Shown here: piece by piece, positions 8,736-18,301 of the stretch
Position numbering within the stretch: position 1 is the first letter of the stretch
Layout: each line of letters opens with the position of its first letter
IMG/VR virus record: IMGVR_UViG_3300028833_000057
Coordinates: 1-64,000 of that record
Strand: one strand, 5' to 3'
DNA: 64,000 nt
DNA from: a virus
Taxonomy: Duplodnaviria > Caudoviricetes
Notes under the pieces: generated by a model
The model's input: the letters and a program-made list of their open reading frames with translations, nothing else
What the model was told of the DNA's origin: nothing
The model's database searches: none
Made by a program: the position numbers and the translations under genes

Positions 8736-8738
8736 AAT

Positions 8739-8766
8739 TAGACCATAGACGAAAGTCTATGGTCTA
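8739..8766. terminator. Terminator between convergent genes, GAAA tetraloop
   Basis: Perfect 12-bp stem tagaccatagac/gtctatggtcta. Confidence 0.8.
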
Positions 8767-8774
8767 TGTTTGTT

Positions 8775-9284
8775 TTATCTTTGTTGGCTGTTATTTGCTT
8801 CTTTTCTACGAGAAGAGTTCGCAATCTGTTCTAACTTACGATATTCAGGATTCATGCTATTTATTTTATGTCTGTTCATAAGCATAATCTTTACAATATA
8901 TTCATTCATTTTAAGAATGACATATCGCATAATAGCATCTTCGGATCCCAGATAAATTTCTAGAATAAGTTTATACTGGTTGGACATATTGTCCATTATA
9001 TTCTTTACCAGTCTAGGAATATCTTCATTTGTTATCTTATCAGAAAGATATTCACCATTACCAGTAGATGCCAGAAGTAATTCAACTTCTTTAAGATATT
9101 TATCACCAGTAAGAGTTATCAATGTATCAATAAGCTTAAAGTCTCTTTCTTGATCAAGACTTTTGTTCATTAGATAAATATACTGAAATTTATGTTGAGC
9201 ACTTTCTTTGTCTTGCTTTTCCTTTTCAGCTTTCTTATCTAGCTTACGCTGTTTTCTATTTTTCCACCAAGATCTTAAACCCAT
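8775..9284 (-). CDS. Hypothetical protein
   Basis: Start moved to MGLRSWW (AAAGGAG RBS); late motif at 9303-9314. Confidence 0.75.
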   Translation of the reverse strand: MGLRSWWKNRKQRKLDKKAEKEKQDKESAQHKFQYIYLMNKSLDQERDFKLIDTLITLTGDKYLKEVELLLASTGNGEYLSDKITNEDIPRLVKNIMDNMSNQYKLILEIYLGSEDAIMRYVILKMNEYIVKIMLMNRHKINSMNPEYRKLEQIANSSRRKEANNSQQR

Positions 9285-9302
9285 AAGGTCTCCTTTGTTT
9301 GT

Positions 9303-9336
9303 CATGTTAAAGTTATCGATATTAAACTTACTATTG
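9303..9336. promoter_or_regulatory. Divergent pair of late-type promoters
   Basis: AACTTTAACATG (minus, 9303-9314) and AACTTACTATTG (plus, 9325-9336). Confidence 0.55.
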
Positions 9337-9356
9337 TTTAATAAAAGGATTTATTT

Positions 9357-10088
9357 ATGGCATCTACATCTACAAAACGTAAACGGATAGTTGATCTTAT
9401 AACTTCTGTTTTAGATAAGCTAGATAGAACAGGAGCTAATAGCAAAAAGTATCTATCTTTCTTTAATGCTATGAATGATAAACAATTTGAAGCATGGATG
9501 AAAAAGTTTGCTTCAGATCCGGATATGTTTATCACTGTTGAAGTATTACCATTTAAAAATGAACCTAAATTTTCTGATATTGAAGCAGCTGCAAAGGTAT
9601 TAAATTTACCTCTTGAGGAATATGTATATCTTCGTGATGAAAAAGAAGGTCATACAGTTAGAACTCCGTATAAAATTCCTGTAATGTATATTTATGTAAA
9701 ACGATTGCAGCAGATTGTTGCTAAGAAAACTGCAGTATCTAGTTCTATTAAAACTAGAAATGCTATTACGAACCAAGTTACTTCTGATGATAAGGTATCT
9801 AGAATGTCTGATGAAGAAACCAATTCTATGATAGCACAAGGTAACTTTGAAACTCTTAAAGAAATGATGGGTCCAAGAGCAGGTAATGCTGGTCAAAAGC
9901 GTATTATGTACAATAATATTGCTCGTGACGGATTTGTCAAGATGTCAGATATTAAGATGGGTGATTCTGTCTTTGAAAAGCCTGAACTTAATGCTTTAGA
10001 TACATATTTATTAGGTATGGGCTTAAAATCTGATCTTGTTACAGATGGAAATAAATTACTTGCATCTATAAACTCTCGTGTAGATTAA
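9357..10088 (+). CDS. RNA polymerase beta-like subunit, C-terminal fragment (probably virion RNAP)
   Basis: YIYVKRLQQIVAKK, SRMSDEET and LKEMMGPRAGN align to beta YxxKLxH, QRFGEME and LQExLTxKSD. Confidence 0.75.
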   Translation: MASTSTKRKRIVDLITSVLDKLDRTGANSKKYLSFFNAMNDKQFEAWMKKFASDPDMFITVEVLPFKNEPKFSDIEAAAKVLNLPLEEYVYLRDEKEGHTVRTPYKIPVMYIYVKRLQQIVAKKTAVSSSIKTRNAITNQVTSDDKVSRMSDEETNSMIAQGNFETLKEMMGPRAGNAGQKRIMYNNIARDGFVKMSDIKMGDSVFEKPELNALDTYLLGMGLKSDLVTDGNKLLASINSRVD

Positions 10089-10094
10089 AATTAT

Positions 10095-10122
10095 TAAGCT
10101 AGTATGTTCGCATACTAGCTTA
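10095..10122 (+). terminator. Terminator with UUCG loop
   Basis: Perfect 12-bp stem taagctagtatg/catactagctta. Confidence 0.75.
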
Positions 10123-10133
10123 TATAATCTTTA

Positions 10134-10145
10134 AACTGAATATTG
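10134..10145 (+). promoter_or_regulatory. Late promoter motif
   Basis: AACTGAATATTG upstream of the fibre operon. Confidence 0.6.
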
Positions 10146-10170
10146 AAAATATTTAATATTTGGAGATTCT

Positions 10171-10527
10171 ATGGCTACTGATATTTCTTTAATTCGAATA
10201 CACGAATTACAGACGGCAAATGATGCTGTGGATCTTCCTAGTACTGAAATTGCTATTGACCGTGTAGGATTTTCTAGAGCATATAAAATACCTTTAATTA
10301 AAGTATTTACATATATAAAAGATAAAGTAGTAACACCAGCATTAGATACTTTACATTTGATAGCTCATACAGGAAATTATGGTGATCTTAACGCTGCATC
10401 AATTCCTCAGCACTTGAGAGATCAGCAAGATGCTAATCAAGTATTAGCTTCTGATAATTCGGGTCATGTTGCATACACTGATCCAATGGAACTTTTAAAA
10501 ATTAGAACTATAGACCTCGACGACTAA
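10171..10527 (+). CDS. Tail-fibre segment A (putative proximal anchor)
   Basis: N-terminus IRIHEL resembles IRIIDL of the 24185 fibre; carries an IAHTGNYGDL fibre repeat. Confidence 0.6.
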   Translation: MATDISLIRIHELQTANDAVDLPSTEIAIDRVGFSRAYKIPLIKVFTYIKDKVVTPALDTLHLIAHTGNYGDLNAASIPQHLRDQQDANQVLASDNSGHVAYTDPMELLKIRTIDLDD

Positions 10528-10538
10528 AGGAAAGTTTT

Positions 10539-11666
10539 ATGAGTACTTATGTATATCAAATAAATGGACAAGAAATTTTAGCCAAACGTGCTGAATGCAC
10601 AAGAACTGGCAGAAATATTGATAATGAGTTAGATGCACTTAAAAGAGATATTGATGGTATTGGTGCATTTGAAATTGTAGACTCAATGACAGGAGATCCT
10701 CCACATCCAGATGTGGCTAAACCATCTCATAAAGTCATCTACCTTTATAGAGAACCGCAGTCTCAGGATAAAGACCCATATCAGGAATGGGTTTATACTC
10801 AGAGCAATACTTGGGAATGTATTGGTGAAACGTCTATTGACCTAACACCATATGCTACAACTGCTAGTGTTGAAGCTATAATTGAAAGCTTAGATGCTAG
10901 TGTTAGTTCTAGTGATGGTACTAATGTCAATGTGCAGATTGTAGAAGTTAATGGTAAAATTACCAGTGTAAGTATTATTAGAGATACTACTGTTAATGCT
11001 ACAACATATGCTAACGATAAAGCTGCCATTGAAGAGGATATTTCCGAAATTCAAGGAAATATGGCTCATAGGGTTACTACTGCTGGTTGGGAAGCTGGTA
11101 ATTTTGCTAGCCTTTCTAGTAATGGTGACTTAGCAGATTCTGGATATGAAGCTGCAGATTTTGCTGGAAAGGGTGAGTTTGATACTGCCATTCAAACTGT
11201 CGAAAATGAGATAGATGCTCTTGAAGATGGTAAAATGGATAAAGTTCCAGGTGCTCAATCCGGAAATATTGCAGTATTTGGTAACTCTGGTAATGTTGTT
11301 GATGGACTATCAAAAATCTCAGATTTAGCTACTAAAAGCGAATTTAATGCTTATAAGACATCAAATGATGCAGAAGTAGCTAAGAAGGCAAACAAAGATA
11401 CTAATGCTACTGCTGGTAACTTTGCAAAATTTGTAGCTGGTGGTGATATTGCTGATTCTTCATATAATGAGAATTCATTTGCTACTGCTGCACAAGGTGC
11501 TAAGGCTGATACTGCTATTCAGGGAGTTAAATGCTATACTGATGCCGAATTAACACCTGATGCTAATAAGAAAATTACTTTACCGCAAGCATCTGCTCAA
11601 GTTTATGGTGTGGTCACTGTAGGTTATACTACTATTAATGATGACGAAGAAAATAATAACGGTTAA
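10539..11666 (+). CDS. Tail-fibre segment B
   Basis: Repeated GNFA....G.L.DSG shaft units, short coiled coils, ATAAQGAKADTA motif. Confidence 0.7.
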   Translation: MSTYVYQINGQEILAKRAECTRTGRNIDNELDALKRDIDGIGAFEIVDSMTGDPPHPDVAKPSHKVIYLYREPQSQDKDPYQEWVYTQSNTWECIGETSIDLTPYATTASVEAIIESLDASVSSSDGTNVNVQIVEVNGKITSVSIIRDTTVNATTYANDKAAIEEDISEIQGNMAHRVTTAGWEAGNFASLSSNGDLADSGYEAADFAGKGEFDTAIQTVENEIDALEDGKMDKVPGAQSGNIAVFGNSGNVVDGLSKISDLATKSEFNAYKTSNDAEVAKKANKDTNATAGNFAKFVAGGDIADSSYNENSFATAAQGAKADTAIQGVKCYTDAELTPDANKKITLPQASAQVYGVVTVGYTTINDDEENNNG

Positions 11667-11687
11667 CCTTTAACTATCTTATACACT

Positions 11688-11942
11688 ATGTCAACATATG
11701 TAAGCACAATTAATGATACAGAAATTCTCGCTAGACGCGCTTATGAAGATGAATCTGGCGAGAATCTTCAAGAATCATTAGCATCTAAAGCTACTAATGA
11801 GCAAATAGATGATATTAATGATACAATTGAATCAATTTCTGTAAAAACGGATTGGGAAGAAGAAGATCCTGATTCTTTGAAGTATCTAGATAATAAACCA
11901 GTTCCAATTTCTACATCTGAAATTGAAGGTTTATTCACATAA
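11688..11942 (+). CDS. Tail-fibre segment C (84-aa adaptor)
   Basis: N-terminus matches B; DW....D...Y..NKP repeat; C-terminus ISTSEIEGL. Confidence 0.65.
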   Translation: MSTYVSTINDTEILARRAYEDESGENLQESLASKATNEQIDDINDTIESISVKTDWEEEDPDSLKYLDNKPVPISTSEIEGLFT

Positions 11943-11968
11943 CTAATGGCGTTTAATAAGGAAATATC

Positions 11969-13711
11969 ATGGCAAAATATCTTGATCTAAATGGTCTTTC
12001 TACCTTCTGGGGAAAGATTAAGACATATATAGCTAATCTTAGCGGATCTATAACTGGATCTCCTGGTGCTAGCAAGACTATTACAAGCTATACGGATGCC
12101 GGTGGTAAGACAACTGTTACATTTGCTGATATTCAGATAGCAGAGTCGCAGGTCACCAATCTCACTACTGATCTTGGTAAAAAGGCTCCAATAGCAAGCC
12201 CTGCTCTTACAGGAACACCTACTGCACCTACTGCCGCAGCTGGTACAAATACCACGCAAATTGCTACAACTGCATTTGTTAATACTGCCATTACGAATAA
12301 AATGGCTGAAGCAGATGCTATGATTTATAAGGGCACTTTATCTGGCGGTAGTACTGGTGATTATGGTGCACTAACACCTGCTGCTTCTAAAGGTTGGACT
12401 TATAAGGTTAATACAGCCGGTAAGATCGATGGCGTAGAAGTTGAAGTAGGCGACATGCTTATCTGTAATACAGATAGTACACCTGCCGCTACTGCTAGCA
12501 ATTATACTACAACTGTTGCTAACTGGGATTTCATTCAAGGTAATCTTGATGGTGTAGTTATTGGCCCAGCCGAATCCGTTAATAATAGGGTAGCTATTTT
12601 TGATGGTACTACTGGTAAGAAAATTAAAGATTCTGGTTATACCATAGGCAAATCTGTACCATCTAATGCTGTATTTACTGATGTTAGCGTGGCTGATGCA
12701 TCACATCACTATACACCATCGACAGCATCTGGATCAGATAAATCAGCTTCTGCATCTGGTGCATCTGCGGCTTGGTCTATAGACGTTGTTAAGGGTGTTA
12801 CGCTTAATACGGATGGCAAGGGTCACGTTACAGGTATCTCAGTTACTTCTGGAAAGATTCCTGCTAACCCAAATACTGATACCAAAGTTACTTCAGTTGA
12901 TAATCACTATGCACCAGCTGAAGATTCTGGTTCAGCTATTCCTGCAACTGGTGGATCGGCAACACAGCTTCCGACATCTTCCAGTGGAAGTTTAATTCAA
13001 GTAGTTACTGGCCTTAAGCGTGATGCTAAGGGCCACGTTGTCGGTGTTACATCTGCAGGTCTTTGGAGTCCAGATAATAATACTACATATACTAACGCAA
13101 AACTTGGTCAGGGATATGGCACCTGTTCTACAGCCGAAGCCACGGCTGCAAAAGTAGTAACGCTTTCTAGTTATGAATTAGTAACTGGTGGTATTGTTGC
13201 CATTAAGTTTACATACGGTCTTTGTGCATCTGCTACTTTAAATATTAATAGTAAGGGTGCAAAAAATATATACATTCGTGGTGCCGCCGTAAGCGCTACT
13301 ACTGCTAAAGAAGTTTTAGCTAATGATATTGCTTACTTCATGTATGATGGTACACAGTATCAGTTCCTTGGTACGGATCGTATCTTTGGTGCAGGTATTG
13401 TTAGCTTATCGATTAATGGTAAGACAATTACATGGACTAAAGCAGATGGAACTACTGGTACATTAACCACGCAGGATAATGATACTAAGAATACTGCAGG
13501 ATCTACAGATACTAGCTCCAAGATATTCTTAATTGGTGCTACTTCTCAAGGTACTAATCCAACAACGTATTCTCATGATACAGCATATGTTGGAACCGAT
13601 GGTTGTTTATATAGTAACTCTCAAAAAGTTCTTACAGAAAATGTAGCAGCGAGTACTTACGAGCCTAAAATGACTGCAATTACCGATGCAGAAATAGAAG
13701 CTTTAGAGTAA
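11969..13711 (+). CDS. Tail-fibre segment D
   Basis: ASPALTGTPTAPT...TTQIATTAFV fibre motif, D.KGHV.G repeats, Thr/Ser/Ala-rich. Confidence 0.8.
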   Translation: MAKYLDLNGLSTFWGKIKTYIANLSGSITGSPGASKTITSYTDAGGKTTVTFADIQIAESQVTNLTTDLGKKAPIASPALTGTPTAPTAAAGTNTTQIATTAFVNTAITNKMAEADAMIYKGTLSGGSTGDYGALTPAASKGWTYKVNTAGKIDGVEVEVGDMLICNTDSTPAATASNYTTTVANWDFIQGNLDGVVIGPAESVNNRVAIFDGTTGKKIKDSGYTIGKSVPSNAVFTDVSVADASHHYTPSTASGSDKSASASGASAAWSIDVVKGVTLNTDGKGHVTGISVTSGKIPANPNTDTKVTSVDNHYAPAEDSGSAIPATGGSATQLPTSSSGSLIQVVTGLKRDAKGHVVGVTSAGLWSPDNNTTYTNAKLGQGYGTCSTAEATAAKVVTLSSYELVTGGIVAIKFTYGLCASATLNINSKGAKNIYIRGAAVSATTAKEVLANDIAYFMYDGTQYQFLGTDRIFGAGIVSLSINGKTITWTKADGTTGTLTTQDNDTKNTAGSTDTSSKIFLIGATSQGTNPTTYSHDTAYVGTDGCLYSNSQKVLTENVAASTYEPKMTAITDAEIEALE

Positions 13712-13720
13712 AAACTTTTT

Positions 13721-13749
13721 AATGCTCCGTCTTGAATGGACGGAGCATT
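13721..13749 (+). terminator. Hairpin (terminator or 5' stem) overlapped by late motif AACTTTTTAATG at 13713-13724
   Basis: aatgctccgtc/gacggagcatt. Confidence 0.6.
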
Positions 13750-13770
13750 TTCTTCATAAAAGGAATAAAT

Positions 13771-15696
13771 ATGGCAAAGTATTTAAATCTACAAGGATTA
13801 CAAACCTTTTGGAATAAGATTAAAGGTATAATCTCTGGACTTGATACCAGAATTACCAATTTAAGTACTACTGTAGGCGAACATACAACTGCTATTGCAA
13901 ATAAAGCATCTACGAACCATGCGCACGGCAGCATAACGAACGGTGGAGCCATCACGGACACTGCAGTCGCATTGGCAAGCGGAGACTCGCTCGCATTCGT
14001 GGATTCTTCGGATTCGTCAAAGATAAAGAAGACTTCTATCACCTTTGACGGCAGTACTACGACACAGGCGCTGACCAAGGCTGGTACGTGGGCCACGTTC
14101 AACAACTATTCGCATCCCACCGGTAGCGCCCCGTCCAAGACCGGCGTGCCTACGGCAAATGCCAGTCCCGGATTCGGAGGTACTTTCAAGGTCAACCAGA
14201 TTACGACCGACTCGACCAGTCACGTAAGCTCCGTTACCGAGCGTACCATCACTATACCGAACACCATGGCCACCACTTCGGCTGCCGGTTTGATGAGCGC
14301 GGCGGATAAGACTAAGCTGGATAATGCCACTACCAAGAAAACAGGCTTTGCCTATCGTGGCACAAGTGGCGGGCCGGTATATAAAATTGCCGAGAAAACA
14401 TTTACCAGTAAAACAACAACTCATTCAGAGCAGTTAATATTTGATGTATCATACTCTACACACCCGACTGCCATTGCAACAAGTAGACTTGTAGTATCAT
14501 TTCGTGTGGATGCTAATACATCCGCTACAATGGGATTCGTTACTAATACTGTAATTCGTAAAGAGGGATTCACAGAATTGCCATACAAATTCTATGGAGC
14601 TGTGGACTATGCCAATGGTAAATTTACATTATATGCAAAATATATTAGTGGTGCTTATGTTACAGTAGAAGCCGAATGTATCCTAGCAAGTTCCGAAAAT
14701 ACCGACCTTATCGATAATGTATCCGTATTCAAGACAACAACCGCTGAACTTCCGGATACCGCTAAGGAAGAGACAACTAGATGGGTTGCCAATACATCGG
14801 CAAGTAGTGGAAATGCACCAGTGAAGGTAGATGCGTATGGAACGCTTACCGCCGTTCCAATGGATTCTACGCCGACAGCATCTAGCACGAACTTGATGAC
14901 CAGTGGTGCAATCAAGACTGCGCTGGATGGAAAGTCTGATATATACAAATGGAATGCCGTTACCCAAGGGCAAAAATGGTCACGTATATTCTATAGTGAA
15001 TCTACTGCTGGCGTGGTAGGAAGCTCCGGAATCCTATGGATTGGTTGTACCCGTGCGTCGGTTGTGTGCAATGCGGTCTTCCTTGTCACGGCTGCACATA
15101 ATGGTGCGGAACGCTCAAATATCGTTGAATTGTCATCATGCGGATATTCGGAATTACGCTGTCGGCTAGTCGTAAATAGTTCGGCAAATTATTATTTTGA
15201 GGTATATGATACCGCTAACAGCATTGCATCCGGCACGACACAACAATGGTACTGCCGGTATATACCGTTAAGGGAATCAAAAATTACTACTTATACCGCA
15301 TTTACAGATGGAACTACAATTCCATCTAACTATGCCACATGCAACGATTTTACCATTACTGTGGGCAATTCTGCATTCGCTATAAAAAATATTACTCGAA
15401 GTGGAACAACGTTTACCGCAACTCGGCAGAACGGGTCGACGTTCACGTTCACCCAGCAGGACTCCGATTCAAAGGTTACCCAGACTGCTGACGACACGAG
15501 CACCGGTACCGGATTCGAATTACTGTTTAGCGCGACAGGAGACAACACTACCCGTACGGAAGCATCCAGGAAGTCAAGCAAGCTGACCTACCAGCCAAGT
15601 ACAGGAACACTCAAGTCCACCGCCTACAACGTGAACAGCAAGTGTACCTTGCAATTCAACACAACCACCAACGCGCTGGACTTCGTGTTCGCATAA
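13771..15696 (+). CDS. Tail-fibre segment E
   Basis: Start MAKYLNLQGL with AAGGA RBS; HAHG, GLMSAADKTKLD and DSTPT.SSTNL.TSG fibre motifs. Confidence 0.8.
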   Translation: MAKYLNLQGLQTFWNKIKGIISGLDTRITNLSTTVGEHTTAIANKASTNHAHGSITNGGAITDTAVALASGDSLAFVDSSDSSKIKKTSITFDGSTTTQALTKAGTWATFNNYSHPTGSAPSKTGVPTANASPGFGGTFKVNQITTDSTSHVSSVTERTITIPNTMATTSAAGLMSAADKTKLDNATTKKTGFAYRGTSGGPVYKIAEKTFTSKTTTHSEQLIFDVSYSTHPTAIATSRLVVSFRVDANTSATMGFVTNTVIRKEGFTELPYKFYGAVDYANGKFTLYAKYISGAYVTVEAECILASSENTDLIDNVSVFKTTTAELPDTAKEETTRWVANTSASSGNAPVKVDAYGTLTAVPMDSTPTASSTNLMTSGAIKTALDGKSDIYKWNAVTQGQKWSRIFYSESTAGVVGSSGILWIGCTRASVVCNAVFLVTAAHNGAERSNIVELSSCGYSELRCRLVVNSSANYYFEVYDTANSIASGTTQQWYCRYIPLRESKITTYTAFTDGTTIPSNYATCNDFTITVGNSAFAIKNITRSGTTFTATRQNGSTFTFTQQDSDSKVTQTADDTSTGTGFELLFSATGDNTTRTEASRKSSKLTYQPSTGTLKSTAYNVNSKCTLQFNTTTNALDFVFA

Positions 15697-15709
15697 GGAG
15701 AGATGAATA

Positions 15710-18211
15710 ATGCCACTTAGAGCATGGTACCCGCTTAACGGCAACACGAACAACATGGGCGCGAGCAACCTGACGCTTACCCAGACGACTGCACCCGCAT
15801 GGTCCACTGGGAAGACATCGTCACAAGCCATGACGACCGGCGCGTTCAAGTGGACTGCCGCGCAGTCGAACAGCATTTTCAATAACAACGAGTTCTCGTA
15901 TGCTTGCTGGTTCTATGTAGACGCCGCATCAGGTACGTCCGCTTCGGACTACAAGAAGATATTTGGTGCAGACGGCGGAACTAATTCAAGTAACCGAAAA
16001 TTTACATGTGGCCAGTATCCTACAGTCAATGGATTCCATGTGTCATCGTGGAATGGTAGTTCGCTAATAAATTGCTGTAGACTTGACGATGCGCTCCCTT
16101 CGTACCAGTGGACTCATATCTGCTACTCGTACAAGAAGGGTGCAATCAACATCTACATCAACGGAGTGCTGAAGAAGACGACCGAGCTCACCATGGCGAA
16201 TAGCTCGTATTCGGCAGAGACACCAGTGCTATGGAACTATTCCGGCCGGAGGATATGCGACGTCCGTATCTACGACCACGCGCTCTCCCAGAAGGAGGTC
16301 GCTGAACTGGCCAAGGGGTTGATGATTCACTATACCCTGGACAACCCGTACACTACAGGCATCTACAACTTCTATTCCGGCACTAGGGCACACGGCAATT
16401 CCGACGGGCAGTCATATACCAAGACCAAACTGGCAAACGAGGACGGGTATAACTTTAAGCTGAACCGTACCGGAGATGGCTCCAACAGCTGGCCAAATGT
16501 ATGGTTTAATACCATCAGCCGCACAAATTTTGTCGCCGGTAGAAAATACACATGGTCAGCAAAGGTCAGGTGCAATACTTGGACTGCTGGGTACCTTACG
16601 CTACGTAATTCCATTGCATCCAATGACTGGCAGAATGGTGGCGTTACGGTATGCTCGCCTGAGCTTGCCGATGGCCAGTGGCACCAGTATTCCCGTACAA
16701 TAACCTTGACCGAGGGAATGCACATTGGTTCTACGTATTACTACCTGACCGATGCCGCATACAATGCATCCACCCAGTCGTCCAAGGGATACATGGCCCC
16801 TAATGTGGAATTCTACTGTGGTAATCAGAATGGCAGCGGTACCGTCTACAACATGGACTTCGACATCAAGGAGGTCCAGTTAATCGAATCCGACTCCTTA
16901 CCCGGCTGGGTGGACAACACGATGGCGTCCAATACCGTTCGCGATAACACCGGGCGCGGCAACGATGCCACCTGTTCCGGCTCGGTGACTACGGAAGGTG
17001 GTTCACCCAGGAATACTAGGGCGTTCAAGCTGCTTGAGACATCCTACGTCCAGTATCCGGTGCCTGCCGGGATATCCCAGTGCACAATTGCTTTCTGGGT
17101 AAAGCGGGCTAGTGGCGGAAGATATTCTACAGTAGACTGCTTGAAGAATAACCCAGCCGGTGGTATGTGGCTTGCCGTTAATACCGAGAGCAGTAAACTG
17201 TGGGCCTACTGGGGAGGTACCTATAACAAGGTTAGTGGTTCCCTTACGGCTAATACTTGGTATCACGTAGCATTGACTTTCAATGCCGGAGTAACCCAGT
17301 GGTATCTAGATGGTGTAGCTGTAGGTTCTGCTGTAGATTTCTCCGCCAAGGGTACTACTTGGCCATCTGGTACTAGGACTATAGGCAACAGCTATACGGG
17401 AACTACGTGGACTACCGCGTTCACTGGTTCCATATCCGACTGGAGATTCTATACTACTGTGCTTACAGCCGCACAAATCAAGGAGCTTTACAACGCTCCA
17501 GCTTCAATATCCGATACAGGAGCTGTCTTAGCTGAGCAATTTACCGAAGGAGCTTCTGGAATTTCTGTAGCAAAGACCGGTATCGTTTCCTGTTCTAATG
17601 TTTCATCGCTGCCTATCAAGTATGATAATTCCATACTTATAGAACCAGATGGATCATGCTGGGCTCATATTGGTCATCATGCCGATCCCACGACATACAA
17701 ATTTGCTAGTAGCGATCCGTTTTCTACTGGTGTCTGGAAAGATGCTAGAAGATTCCTCGATCCGTCGGCATGTGATAAAGTGGATAAGTGGGAATTTATT
17801 GCTACACAGCGGGCTACAGCTAGTGGCACTGAACAAAGGTTTAGGTGGATTCAGACTAAGAACCCTAATTCCGCTGTATATGAAGATGTCGTAGCTGCAG
17901 CAGTAACAAAGTACACTACAGACGATGGATATACTAACATGAGTGCGTCATATGGTGGAATCTATAAATTCAACAGTAATACCTACTACGTCATGACCAA
18001 CGGAAATAAAGGTAACTGGTTTGGAGCTATAGGAGCATGGAATGAATGGAATGGCGGTATTCCTGGTATAAATGGCATTGCTGTCAAGGACGGAGGCTAT
18101 CTTGATCTCTATCTCCGCATCGACAATGTTACATGGAATACTAAGAGAGATCTATGTTCCTTTGACAAGGCTGGAAAGTCTGTATTGTCACCGGAGATCA
18201 TTGAGATGTAA
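15710..18211 (+). CDS. Tail-fibre segment F: LamG/ConA-like and carbohydrate-binding receptor-binding protein
   Basis: Two LamG-like domains (WTHI...IYING...DVRIYDHALS; WYHVAL...YLDG...DWRFY..L) and a CBM-like insert. Confidence 0.75.
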   Translation: MPLRAWYPLNGNTNNMGASNLTLTQTTAPAWSTGKTSSQAMTTGAFKWTAAQSNSIFNNNEFSYACWFYVDAASGTSASDYKKIFGADGGTNSSNRKFTCGQYPTVNGFHVSSWNGSSLINCCRLDDALPSYQWTHICYSYKKGAINIYINGVLKKTTELTMANSSYSAETPVLWNYSGRRICDVRIYDHALSQKEVAELAKGLMIHYTLDNPYTTGIYNFYSGTRAHGNSDGQSYTKTKLANEDGYNFKLNRTGDGSNSWPNVWFNTISRTNFVAGRKYTWSAKVRCNTWTAGYLTLRNSIASNDWQNGGVTVCSPELADGQWHQYSRTITLTEGMHIGSTYYYLTDAAYNASTQSSKGYMAPNVEFYCGNQNGSGTVYNMDFDIKEVQLIESDSLPGWVDNTMASNTVRDNTGRGNDATCSGSVTTEGGSPRNTRAFKLLETSYVQYPVPAGISQCTIAFWVKRASGGRYSTVDCLKNNPAGGMWLAVNTESSKLWAYWGGTYNKVSGSLTANTWYHVALTFNAGVTQWYLDGVAVGSAVDFSAKGTTWPSGTRTIGNSYTGTTWTTAFTGSISDWRFYTTVLTAAQIKELYNAPASISDTGAVLAEQFTEGASGISVAKTGIVSCSNVSSLPIKYDNSILIEPDGSCWAHIGHHADPTTYKFASSDPFSTGVWKDARRFLDPSACDKVDKWEFIATQRATASGTEQRFRWIQTKNPNSAVYEDVVAAAVTKYTTDDGYTNMSASYGGIYKFNSNTYYVMTNGNKGNWFGAIGAWNEWNGGIPGINGIAVKDGGYLDLYLRIDNVTWNTKRDLCSFDKAGKSVLSPEIIEM

Positions 18212-18212
18212 G

Positions 18213-18244
18213 AATATTGGACAGGAGTGTTCTTGTCTAATATT
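18213..18244 (+). terminator. Intrinsic terminator
   Basis: aatattggacagga/tcttgtctaatatt. Confidence 0.65.
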
Positions 18245-18263
18245 TATTAAATCTATTAGTCTA

Positions 18264-18275
18264 AACTTAAATTTG
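18264..18275 (+). promoter_or_regulatory. Late promoter motif
   Basis: AACTTAAATTTG upstream of 18302. Confidence 0.45.
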
Positions 18276-18301
18276 ATAATAACCTATATAAGGATATAGA
18301 T

